DNA of 64,000 nt from Paragordius varius (Eukaryota; Animalia; Nematomorpha). The stretch's first letter is position 1; each line of letters begins with the position of its first letter. The position numbers were made by a program, and so were the translations under genes. A model generated the notes under the pieces. It made no database searches, was not told the DNA's origin, and saw nothing but the letters and a program-made list of their open reading frames with translations. The stretch spans positions 10,850,001 through 10,914,000 of the forward strand of contig OZ176050.1 of the NCBI GenBank assembly GCA_964247055.1, given 5' to 3'. Positions 30,301 through 44,001 of this stretch are shown one piece after another.

Positions 30301-33160
30301 TATTTAATAAATAAACCCCTTATAAAATTATGCCTAAAATTCTGACAGATAATCTAAAATGTATTAAAATTGCAATTTATTATTATTTGTGATCGAAACT
30401 TATAGGGAGTTTGGGAAATAATTTTAAGGAATTTTGATATATTTTAAATAACTTTTCTGACTATAATATCCAAACTAACTATATTGACATTTTTATTTTC
30501 ATGGAACAACTAATTACAACTGTATTAACAAATTGAGTATTACTTTTAATTTAAGTTTTGTGTCTATTGAAATTTGATGACGGAAAAATTTTCACTTGTT
30601 TATGGATAGGTAGGATAATATCACATAAATATTTTGATCGCGAAGCAAGGGAACAATACACATTTTTGATTCAAGTTCAACCATCACCTTTTATACCTTG
30701 TCCCATACCCATCATGTCAAATCAACCTGATTTTTATAATGATAATATTAGCGACATGGTTGACAATCATAATAATGAAACGAATGACGATCTAGGCGAT
30801 GTTTTTGACAAAATATGTTTCCCATTTCTCACAAGCGATATTGGTAAAAAAGAACCACTATCTATGCTAAAAGTTGAACTGAAAATTTTGGATGTAAATG
30901 ATAATTTACCCAAGTTTACTGAATCCATATATAATATTGGTAAATCATTTAAGTTTTATTTATATTTTGTTGTTTTATACGGAAGCGTTGTGTAACATAT
31001 AATTAAATTTATAAATTTAATATCGGAAATTTTGCGAAAACGGATACTATAATTTATATAGTAATAATTTGAATGGCATTTAGCTGCGTCCCTAACTTTT
31101 AAACTTTTATAATGTTTTATTAATAGCTATGCATTGGAAAACGGGTCAAAACAAGCTAATTTTCAAAATTCCATTTATAGATAATGATATTGATTTCAAA
31201 TGCTGTAAAAATTTAACGTTTACCATTACAAATCTTCAATTCCATAACAATGATATGGGTTCGTATCAATCAACAGAGCCACATGAAAAATTTGATGTGG
31301 ATAATTTAAGGGATATTAAGGATAATTTTCAATTGTTTTACGATCCATCTGAACAATTGAACATTGTGAAACTTTACAATAATATAATTGAATTGGAGAG
31401 ATATGTTAACGGTTATTTTTCAATGAACATTGCTTTAAAAGACAATACTGTTGAATCGGCTTCCTTGTCTTTCCAGGATGAAGCAACCGTTTTCGTAATA
31501 ACTAATGATTTTTTATAAAATATAGTAGAGTGAATTTAAAAATGTTTTTTGTATGTGTTTAAATAAATTTAGATTTGGGTATATGATGAAGGTCAAATGA
31601 TCGAAACTAATCTACAAGTTGAAGGGCTAATAGACAAGCGAGACCTTTGTCAAAACTTTTACAAGTTAAATTTTTTTGAAATATATATTTGTATTGAATA
31701 TTTTTTTTACCTGTTTTACCAATTTTATTTTTAGCTTCATCAAATGTATTATTATGTGGCAATCTTTTTTTCCGATAATGTTTCACAAATTTCCAATTTT
31801 ATATTGCTTATTATTATTTTTTTATCAAATTAGTTTAACTTCGATCATTATGAATGGAAATATTGTACCGAGGACATTGGTATCTGAAGCCATTCTCCAG
31901 CAATGTAATACTCCTTCCATAAATCAAGTTGATAGGTTAGGGTATGTTCCACCAGCCCTAAAGCCGTATTTAGTTACACAACGATCTTATATTATTCCAA
32001 GCATAGTTGTAGATAAACGGAATCGACACATCTTTTCACAACAACAAATACTTCACATGATAGATAATAAACCTATGGGATTCTTGGAGTATTCCGGCTC
32101 TTCTCCCATCACTATAACAAGTATTAAAGTATGAATGTTGCTTTTACTAGAAACAACAACCATTTTCAAAAAAATTATATAAATATTAAATATTTCCAAA
32201 ACCGTGACTGTGTACGCCTCTAAAAATAATAAGTCAAATTTTCTTAAAAATGTGCACATATGATATAAATACAAACTTAAACTAAATATTGAAACATATA
32301 TTTGTTTAATTTTCTTTGTATTTGGTACAACATATATCTCCGATTGTAGTATTAATCTGGTTAACACTTACTATTTTTTAGCGGTCAAGCCGGTTTTTAA
32401 GTTTGACCATTAAAAACTTCCAATAATAAATGTATATAAATAGCCAATAAGAGATTTGTCTACTCAAATACTGGAGCAAATGAATCAATATTGGTCTGTT
32501 TCAGACAGTGTTCCACCCCATAAAATTTTGGGTATCATAATTGGAATAATTGTCACCCTCTTGTGTTCAATGGCAATATTTATGACGATCGCCGTTTTTA
32601 CTTTCTTAGATGAAAGAAGCGCAAATACTTTGGAAAAGGAAACTCATGATAAGATGAAGTTAAAAATTGATATTTTATTTGGTTATTGAAAATTCTTTTG
32701 CCATTTTACTAATTACAAAAATACTTGGATGCCCTTTAACCTTTATCTTACTTTAACATGCTTGATTATATACCAATATATTTTAATTCCTTATTTTAGA
32801 GAAAAAATGAACCAATCCCCTTTAACAAAACCTCGGTATCAAACCAATCCAATCAAGTTATTATTCATTATAATCAGATAAAATAATTGTTTTCGCCGAC
32901 ACTAGGCTCAGATATTATTTATTTAATTCTTTTATTCATATTTAAATAATATTTAATGTTTTTTGGATTAGCAAATTATGCTGTTACTTTTGGTGTACAG
33001 CAGCGAATTAATATTAATTAAGTTTTCCATAACCCATTGTTATATTAAAATACCTTTTATAATATTTTTTTATATAATTTTTTTGTTTAGATGGATGGAT
33101 TATTTGGATCAATTGAGTACAGAAGCCTATAACCATAACTCTCAGCCATTTGTATTTTAA
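27400..33160 (+). CDS. Cadherin-repeat single-pass membrane protein (atypical cadherin)
   Basis: Ca-binding cadherin motifs LENINDNWPSF, AYDQDKD, LDREKQDKYEF, EDKNDNYPKF, SPYDPDMG, FDREAREQY and LDVNDNLPKF. Transmembrane segment ILGIIIGIIVTLLCSMAIFMTIAVF (~32505-32600). The last exon and the 5' start are uncertain. Confidence 0.85.
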
Positions 33161-33759
33161 ATAAATGCGCCTATTTTATCAACAAATTATTCATTAAAGC
33201 TAAAAAATTTGTAAATTTTTAACGATAATTAAATATACTTTGATTTACATAACCTTCAGAAAGTTAATGAAAAAAACATACTTAAGTAAAAATAATATAA
33301 AGGAATGTTAAAAAGTATTTTTGATAACAGAAAAATTACAAAATATAATATTTAAACTTAGATTTTCATGATGGGGCTTACCTTTCATTCGGACTTTTAT
33401 CATAAATTTCAAAATTGTATTAACGCTTATTTTATGTTAAATTATTTTCTAGCCTATCTTTTACCAAATTAATTATACTTCATTGTTTCATGCCCAATTT
33501 TATGGCGGCCAATTAGTAAATTAAATGGCTCTATGCATCCCCGAAAATCAGAACCTTTTTGCCCGTTCGTATCGAGAGGGAAAGGTACGGTGTACCTACC
33601 CATCTCTTATCAACCTTTTTTACCAAAAACATTGATACCTCTCCGAACATTTTAGACCATTTTATATTATATTCCTTACATATCCTTAACATATTTCTCA
33701 TCACATATGCCCATTCTAAGCACATTTTGTTAATGTTGAAATCACGTAATCTCAGCATC

Positions 33760-36483
33760 CGTATCAAACGTGGAATTTACGCCGAGCTTATAACAATAAT
33801 AAATTAGATTTAGTAGTTAACGAAATGACCAAGCATAAAATTGACATACTAGGAATTTCAGAATCACACATTCCCTCTACCGGAACTTAAGAATTCGACA
33901 ATCATATTATGTATTACTCTGGCCAAACTCGTTAACGGTGTCGGTATAATAATGAATAAAAAGCTAGCTAATTTATCTGACATTTTTAATCCAATCAATG
34001 AACGTATAATTGCAATCCGCATACAACAACCCCTCAACCCATTACTTTCAAATTTACGCCCCTACTTCCTCTTACAGCGATGACGACTGTGAAAAAACAG
34101 TCCACTTGGCGATTTCCCAAATATCAAAAATTATAATTATCTTAGGCGACTTTAATTCCATCATAGGAAAAGACAAAACATTTCCTATGATGAGTGGCAT
34201 GGCCTTGGGCTTAAAAAACGAGAGAGGAGATAGATTGATTGAATTCGGTGCTAACCATCGTTTCTTCGTCTTAAACACCTTTTTTAAACAACCTAAACGA
34301 CGTCTATACACATGGCGTTCCCCACGTTAAAGATACCGTAACCCAATTGACTTCATATTAGGTATGGTTAAATATAATTCATTTCATAACGTCAAATGCC
34401 TACCAGGATCGGATTGCTATAGCGACCACGACCTATCGATCGCCAAACTCTGCATTAAATTACAACTTCTCAAAATATCCAAACTCACCAGAACAAGATT
34501 AGATTATGATACAATCAACCACAAGTTGAGCACCGCTTTATCAAATCGTTTCGAGTGTCTTGATCATAATTCCGAAAACTATCACAATATAAATTTCTTT
34601 TGGACTATACACATAATCTGCAGAGATACAACCAACAAATTTACAGCCTCTCAAACATACTAGGCAAAAAATAAAATTGTTAATAAAAAGTCTTGAGATC
34701 GCAGAAAAACGTAGAGCATCCAAAATTAAATGCAAATGGGATGAATACAAACAACTAAACAGTCAATTTCAAAAGAGTGCAAGAGAGGACAAAAATAATT
34801 ATTACCACCAACTGTGCGAAAAATTAGAAAGAGACGCCAAATAAACCGAAACCTTTTCCATACAAACAATATTATTCCAGAAAAAAACTTTTTACAAGGG
34901 ACCTATGAGAAACGACAACAACTCAATCGTCACTGAAAAAGTCGAAATCTGCAAACTCTGGCTTAAACATATAAGTAAACTATACTAACCCTCAGATTAT
35001 CAACGAAACTACTCAAGAGAAAGACCCACTTATAATGAAAGAAGAAGTTGAACACGCTATAAAACACTCTAGTATCAGCGAATCAGAAGGGCACAGAGAC
35101 ATCCCTACTGAAATAATAAAATATATCCCAATCGATATACTTACCAATTTATTCCAAAAAATATTTGAGAGGGAAAAAATTCTAGGACAGTTTTAAAAAA
35201 GGGTAATCCAGAACTGTGCGACAACTATCGCACCAGAGCGCTCATTAACCAGTCCAAAGTTTTCCTAAAAATAATACAGTTTTGACTAAATACCATTCTT
35301 GACCCCGAGATATACACGATTCAGGAGGTTTTTGAAAAGGTAGAGGATGCCGAGATATGATATGCAATATGAGGTGGATACTAGAGAAACACATCGAATT
35401 CAACAAAAAACTGCACATGTGCTTTGTCGATTTTTCCAAAGTATTTGATTCTATCCAACACAATAAATTACGAATATCCCTAAAACAACTTGGAGTATCG
35501 ACCCATCTAATTAACGTCATATTCTCAATTTGCTTAAATTCCACGGCTATATTATCTACATCTCATGGTATAATTGATGTATGTAAGGTGCAAGTCCTAC
35601 GCCAAGGATACGTTCTATCCCCATTTCTTATTAACGCATACCTCGAAAGCTTAATAAGAAACATCCCAGAAACTTATGGCAATAACTATGGTGGAAACCA
35701 ACTAACATCTGTTTCCGCCGATGGTACAGTCTTATTCGCAGACAGTGTATACACATTATCGCAATTGCAAGAGTTGCAACTGAATGCAATAAATTCGGAT
35801 TAAATATCAACTTTAAAAAAACAAAAGTTATGCAAATCAACCCAACTTAAACAACTAATTCAATAATCCTCAACAGGTAATCAGATTGAAACGGTAAATA
35901 GTTACACGCATTTAGGCAGCATTATTAACAGTTACAACAACTCTACTCCCGATATAAAATGAAGAATTGCCATCGCAAACGCATTCACATTTATAACAAG
36001 ATTTGGACGTCACATGACATCAAACTAAAAACCAAAATTAGATTAATTAAGGCTACAGTTTTCCCCACATTCCTGTATGGGGGGAAAGCTGTAAATTAAA
36101 AAAATATGACGAACGACTAATAAATTCTTTCGAATTTGGGGTTTGGAGAACACTTCTCCAAATAAAATGGGCATACAAAATTTCTAACGCCACTATTTTA
36201 AATAAAATTAACCCGAAAATGTCACTACTAGGCAGCTTAATACGGCAAAAACTCTCTTTTTTAGCCACATTATGAGACATAACTCACTTGAAAAGTCACT
36301 GATGCTAGGAAAAGGGAGTGGTGCTCGTAAAAGAGGAAGAAGACGAACTCGTTGGATGGATAACATTCCTCAAAGAAACCAACCAATCACTATCCGAACT
36401 AGAAGCTAGATCCGGTATTCGCAATTTATGGAGAAGTTTTCAATGTTGCAGTTAGTCGGGCTTAGCTAGCAACAACAACAACG
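33760..36483 (+). mobile_element. Near full-length, decayed RTE-clade non-LTR retrotransposon (APE endonuclease + RT)
   Basis: TWNLR...IDILGISE, ILGDFNS, YTWRSP, SDHDL, FVDFSKVFDSIQH, LRQGYVLSPFL, SADGTVL, YTHLGS and HIMRH..LEK.LMLGK..G.RKRGR.R.RWMD. (CAA)n tail at ~36469-36482. Many stops and frameshifts. Confidence 0.92.
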
Positions 36484-36599
36484 TTAATACAAATCTAAAG
36501 ATTTACTCGGTACATAGTTGGATTTAAAAAGTCTAATTAACGATGATAAATGTAAATGGCAGAACTATACGCACAGGGGTTCACAATATCTTGATGAAT

Positions 36600-38335
36600 A
36601 TTTTAATAGGATAATGAAGGATTATCATGTTTGGTTATGGCCCTTAAAAGTGATTTAAGAAAGCTATTAACACTTTTGTGTAAAGTGCTCCATATATATA
36701 TAAATGGCGAACATTATTTTAAATGAAATTTTTTGGCGAAAGCTAAATGCTTCTTCCAAAAAATATCACAATATATATTATTTACTAGATATAAAAACAA
36801 AAAATATTTTTGAAAAATAGTTTTAAGATGTCACCAAATATATCAAATTTTCATACCCTTTTAAAATGGCCCTCTTAAAATAATCGTAAAAATGCTGAAA
36901 TTGTGCGGTAAAATATGCTAAGTTTTGATTTCAAAAAGGTTTTTTTTTCTAAAAATGGAGATTTAGCTAAAAAATTTAATTTATTGCAAAATTTTAAAGC
37001 GAGTTTATGGTAATCTGAAGCAGAGTGATAACATATAAATATAAAATGTTTTAAGAAATAAAAACATTTTTTCTGTATAATTTGATGTTGAACATTTCTC
37101 TCACATTAGAATTTTAATTTAAAGGTTTTTCGCTTCTAAATTCGGGTAAACCTTTGTAAAAAACAAAACTTAAATTTTAAACGAATATTTTAATTATTAT
37201 TTTCAGGTGATAGATATGTACATCCTCGAATTATATAGAAAAGTGTTTTTAGAATATCTCAAAGTCTTTTAATGTTTCTATACTGCATTAAATTGGCATA
37301 AAGTACGCTGCAACAAAATTTTGCTAAATATAAGGCATTTAAATATGCATTTTTTCAAAAATATATGCTAGATACCATAATCTAGCATATATTGAAAAAA
37401 TTTATGTAAAATCTCGTCATATTGCGATTTTAACACTTGGATACAACACATTCAATCTATTCCTTCGATTTAATTTGGGGTAGTTGGATCCAGGCTTGTA
37501 ATATTTCAAAAAATATGTAATAAATTAAAACCATGGCAAAAGTTTGCACTTAAAATTAATGTACCGAAATATAAAAAAATATTTAATATAAATACTTGAT
37601 ATACTTATTAAGAGGTTCAACCCAAAAGCAAGTGTGCATAATTAAAATAATTCAAAATATACCACTTTTTCTGATAATATAAATGTTAAAGGCGCTTTTA
37701 AAAAAAAAGTACACTTAGATTTGGTCTAGAATTAAATAAACACGATATTTTAAATTTCATAAAATAAAAATGGCTCGAAGTCGTTTGATATGAAACTTTT
37801 TTTAAAACCTGAATTTTATTTGGATATTTTGGCTAATATATATAATTTTTATTAGAATAGAAGCATAAATTTAAATTGGAATCATTTCTTCCATTTTTTT
37901 AAAATAGGAACTTAAATATTGTCTGGGGTATTTAGATTCCCCAATTTGAATCGAATTGATAAGGGAATTAGCCCATTTTAAAAGTGCAAAAAGGGACTTT
38001 TAGCGGCTATATCTAAAATTAAATTATTAATAGATGTGTTATTTTGTAAAGTCTTACAACGACAAGATTTTATTTAACAAAATGTGCATAAATTTTATCA
38101 TTTTCTGAATGGAGCAGTGCCACAAAACCTATATGAATTTTTGAAATTACTCGTATGCCAACAAAAAACACCACGATAATTTTGATATATTTTATCATAA
38201 TAATATTTCATCAGGATAATTTTTTATGAGGATGCAGTATATATTGGTTAGTGTTTTCCTACTGTATTTTTACCATTGAAAACATCATAAAATACCAAAA
38301 TTTTACAATTTGTGATATAATTTATATCTTGTCAT
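36600..38335. mobile_element. Second palindromic family C relative, containing a piggyBac-type MITE
   Basis: GGATTATCATG block at ~36620 is mirrored by CACCACGATAATTTT at ~38170. A degenerate family C terminus ATATCTTGTCATA lies at ~38325. Collinear with 3960-5010. Boundaries are approximate. Confidence 0.55.
37434..37958 (+). mobile_element. piggyBac-type MITE, copy 2 (more diverged)
   Basis: Starts TTAA-CACTTGGATACAAC and is collinear with 1633-2212. The right end is degenerate (GAATTG-ATAA). Confidence 0.85.
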
Positions 38336-38756
38336 AATATAATATTATAGCATATTATCGCGCAACTCGCCATTTTTTATTTAATTTTAGAAAAGTGGCC
38401 CAATTTACTGGTGGTCATAAATTTGAGACTATTAATAAAATTATATTTTGCTTTTAAAAATAGTATGTCATAGAGTTTTCAATGATATTTTTTAAACTTC
38501 ATAAAAATAATTTATTTAGCACAATATGCTCAAATTTCGCGAATTGCTATATGCAGCACTCACCACAAAATTGGTAATAACATTTCTTAATAACTGGTAA
38601 GGACCAAAACCAAAAATATTAAGAGAATAAATTTTTTTATCAGAATATCAAAAATTCGTTTGGATATTTTGATACTTAACAATTTGGTAATTATTGAAGA
38701 TAAATTAACACTAGTGTTATAATTTTTCAGGTAGGGTCTAGATAAAAACATACCTT

Positions 38757-38900
38757 TTACGTAAACAAGTAAACAAGTAAAGGGTGTAGCGTCGGAAGAT
38801 CGTCGGCCACCTGCCGTCAAGGCAATCCCTACCCACCCGTAATGCATTGAGCTTCAGAGCGGGGAAACACATCGGAGGTTGGGGTTGCGTTAGTATCTAC
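38757..38900 (-). other. GC-rich island ending (on -) in a short tandem tail (TTACTTGT)n; possible SINE/LINE 3' fragment or structured RNA
   Basis: GC content is far above background. Hairpin TGCC-GTCAA-GGCA. GTAAACAA is repeated at 38761-38776. Confidence 0.3.
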
Positions 38901-38955
38901 ATACATAAATAAATGCATGTTAGATGTGTTAATGGGAGTTAGTATAGTTAATAAG

Positions 38956-38990
<35 letters not shown>

Positions 38991-39183
38991 TTTTTAAAAG
39001 AAATGTTAATATCGCCTTGTTAGTAAATAAAAGCAATATTTGAGTTTAAATAACCGTACAAACAGGGTTTGATTACTCCATAAAGTGTCAAAGGTCTATA
39101 TTGGATCAAATGTAGAGTTAATTTTAAGCTCTTATCTTTGGTGTGAAAGGGGGTCTTCTTTTGCTTCTAAATGAGTGTGGCCT

Positions 39184-39453
39184 TTAAGGTAGACCAATTT
39201 TGGAGATCTTAGACATTACAAGCGTCAACGTTACCCCTTCGTGCGACCATGTTTCAGTTGTACCTTCAACTGGGACGCTAACCCGGGATAAGTGGTCGTT
39301 GACCTTGCTCTGAGCTAAGTCTCAACTCCGACCAACAGAGATGTCGGAGATTGGTAACCAGCCCTGCTCAAATATCAGCGGCTCCAACATTGCTTCCCAG
39401 GATGTCGTCCCACAATAATTGGCTAATAGTCTACTCAGAGTCGCGTCTTGCAT
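39184..39453 (-). pseudogene. Possible retrotransposon gag fragment
   Basis: Reads MQDATLSRLLANYCGTTSWEAMLEPLIFEQGWLP with one in-frame stop. It resembles the Gypsy gag motif (F/Y)DG..SWE...FE....GW. A ~35-bp copy occurs at 39996-40028. Confidence 0.35.
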
Positions 39454-39562
39454 GCTTTATACATTCAGTGGTACATTTTGTTCGTGGGATATCTGTGTGA
39501 AGCAGTCTATATTCTTAACTAAGTGTACAGGTGTTTACCATTAACAGATTTTGTTTTAAATA

Positions 39563-39902
39563 TTACATCAATACTAACTGACTTTAACAGAGCGTTGTAA
39601 AATAAAAATTTATACCTTAATTACATGAATACTAACTGACATTAACAGAGCGTTGTAAAATAAAAATTTATACCTTAATTACATCAATACTGACATTAAC
39701 AGAGCGTTGTAAAATAAAAATGTATACCTTAATTACATGAATACTAACTGACATTAACAGAGTTGTGAAATAAAAATGTATACCTTAATTACATGAATAC
39801 TAACTGACATTAACAAAGCGTTTTAAAATAAAAATTTATACCTTAATTACATCAATATTAACTGACATTAACAGAGCGTTGTAAAATAAAATTCATACCT
39901 TA
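39563..39902 (+). repeat. Minisatellite of six ~58-bp tandem units
   Basis: Consensus TTACAT(C/G)AATACTAACTGACATTAACAGAGCGTTGTAAAATAAAAAT(T/G)TATACCTTAA. Units start at ~39563, 39621, 39679, 39733, 39789 and 39847. Confidence 0.93.
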
Positions 39903-40392
39903 TCCAGCAGTGGGAATTAACCTTAAAATAATACCGACTTCGCAATAGTATCATTCAATCTGGAGCAAAGTATCCGGTTCAAATAAAAGTTGAATATTGG
40001 TAATCAGCCCTCAAATATCAGCGGTTCCGATGTCATCGTCATATAGCAGGGAAGTTTTGCGTTGGTTTTCAACGGGATAGGATTAGTAACTCTGGTGCGT
40101 TTCCTCTTGCCAAGAGCTTAAAAGTGATCGAGGTTTTCGGGGTATAATCGTAATCGCATTCATCAGCGCAGCTTCAAGAGCTCAGTTGGCCACAATTATT
40201 AAAGTTTTTTCGGTAAGTTTTAAAGATCGGGGTCATTAAGGATTTACGGTCATTGTTCGATTCTAGCCTGGAGAGGATGTTGCGTCAGCCGGTGCCATAC
40301 ATCAAAAAGTCCTATTTTAAGAAGTCAAAATGCATTTAAATTTAAATAAAATCCATACCTTTTACGTTTCAATGTAAAAGCGCAAAATTCAA

Positions 40393-42246
<1,854 letters not shown>

Positions 42247-42858
42247 TTTATTTTATACGCTTGCCATATAGTTGCTAATATATTTTTGTTAAATTAAATA
42301 AATATTAATATTTATATTATTTTTTTATTGGAAATAATTGGCTATCATTATTCTAGACATGCATTTTTAATCTTTTGATTTATGCTTTTATCCAATTCAA
42401 AATTGTGGTTTATATTATCACTTTAATGACGGACGTGGTAGGATTTGTCAATGGATAAATTACGTAATTAATAAGAGATTTCGGACCAACGTTTTTTTAT
42501 TAATAGTATTTGCTTTTTTATAATACTATCCCAAACGTGTAATCATTAATATGTCCCTTTCTAAACGGTTTTAAATTTAATGGTCGCCCTCATATAATTT
42601 TTAAAGTTGTAATTACCATATTTTATTTTATAAGATTAATAGTTTCAAGGTCCGGTTTTTAGAATTGTTCCAATTCTGGTTTAGTTTATATAATAAATTT
42701 ATATATATAAATTCTTCATAAACTAGCATATGAGAAATTCGATCTTAAAAATAAATTTTGTTTATTAAATTATTTTAAGATGTTTATAATTCCGGAGCCA
42801 TTATAAAACTTTTAAACCTTATTGATTAGGAATAAGCGCCATTAAATTTTAGGATTAA

Positions 42859-43425
42859 CACTTCGATTCAAATTGGGGTGTCTAAATACCCCAGACTAAA
42901 TTAAAATTTCTAAAAAACTACTGAAGGAAACGGTCCCAATAAACTTATGCTTCTATCTTAATTAAAATTATATAAATATGCCAAAATATCTTAATAAAAT
43001 TTTGTTTTGAAAAAAAAAGTTTCATGTCTAACTACTTCGACGCCATTTTTATTTTACAAAATGCAAAATATCGTCTCATTTAATTTTAAGGGTAAAATAA
43101 AAGCAAATTTTTATTTAAATTACATACAAAATTGATAGAATTAGAAAGAGCGGTTTATTTTGTATTATTTTTTGATTTTAGAATTTCACACATGTCACCT
43201 TGACGAAATTTTACCTTTCGGTTTCAGCTTAAAATAAGTAATATCAAGTATTTTTGAATAAATTTTTTATATATTTCGGTTTATTAATGTTATATAAGTG
43301 CAAAATTTTGCCATGGTTTCGATTTCTTCCATACTTTTTAAAGTATTTGAATTTAAACAGGCCTGGGGTATCCAACTACCCCAATTTGACTCGAAGGACT
43401 AAAATGAATCTGTTGTATCCAAGTG
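42859..43425 (-). mobile_element. piggyBac-type MITE, copy 3
   Basis: TTAA at 42855-42858 and 43426-43429. It is the reverse complement of 1633-2212. Confidence 0.9.
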
Positions 43426-43718
43426 TTAATAGGGTTTCGTATTTATATACATGAGGGTAATTTATATAAGTATTTTATTGCGCCAAAAATTTTATTCATT
43501 ATTTTATAATATATCAAACAAAATCTGTTGACAGATATTCCGATTTAATTTAAAAAAAATCAGATTACATTTTAGTAATAATGGTCCTAATTAATTTGCA
43601 ATCCTTATAACCAAAAACATACTGAATAATTGTTTATCAAAGCTAGCTACCTTCGTAGTGATGACGTTTTGGATTTTTATTTTAATTCAAATTTTTGACC
43701 TTCTGTTTTGATTTAAGG

Positions 43719-44001
43719 CAGGGGTGTCCGAACACAAATGAATTTGCGGACGCCGCTTTTTTTAAAATATATATGGGCCATTTACAAATAATTTATTAGA
43801 TCATAACATAGGATTGCAAAATACAAACGCTAAGTAACATTTTTTTCTAGTTCTGCCGATTGGATAAAGTAACATAGAAAAGTTGTTTAAGCGAATTATC
43901 AATTTTGATAAGTTTTAGTTAGCATATTTTTGCAAATTATAAATTTCCAAATTTTTGGCGGCTGCACATAAAGTCTAGGAATGCCGCTTGTTAAACACCT
44001 G
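43719..44001. mobile_element. hAT/Charlie-like MITE
   Basis: Ends CAGGGGTGTCCGAAC / GTTAAACACCTG. The 8-bp flanks ATTTAAGG / ATTTATCT match at 5/8. Confidence 0.55.

Noticed and set aside
33520-33610. HDV-like ribozyme at the RTE 5' end
   Set aside because: A good hairpin is present (AGGTAC/GTACCT within GAGAGGG/CCCATCTC), but I could not build the nested double pseudoknot or find the L3 and J4/2 consensus.
38780-38900. Hammerhead ribozyme, RNase P/MRP or SRP RNA
   Set aside because: The core motifs (CUGANGA/GAAA, the P4 consensus, the SRP loop) were not found.
39563-39902. CRISPR-like appearance of the 58-bp array (and of the 21-bp and 514-bp arrays)
   Set aside because: The units are contiguous with no unique spacers, there are no cas genes, and the context is eukaryotic.
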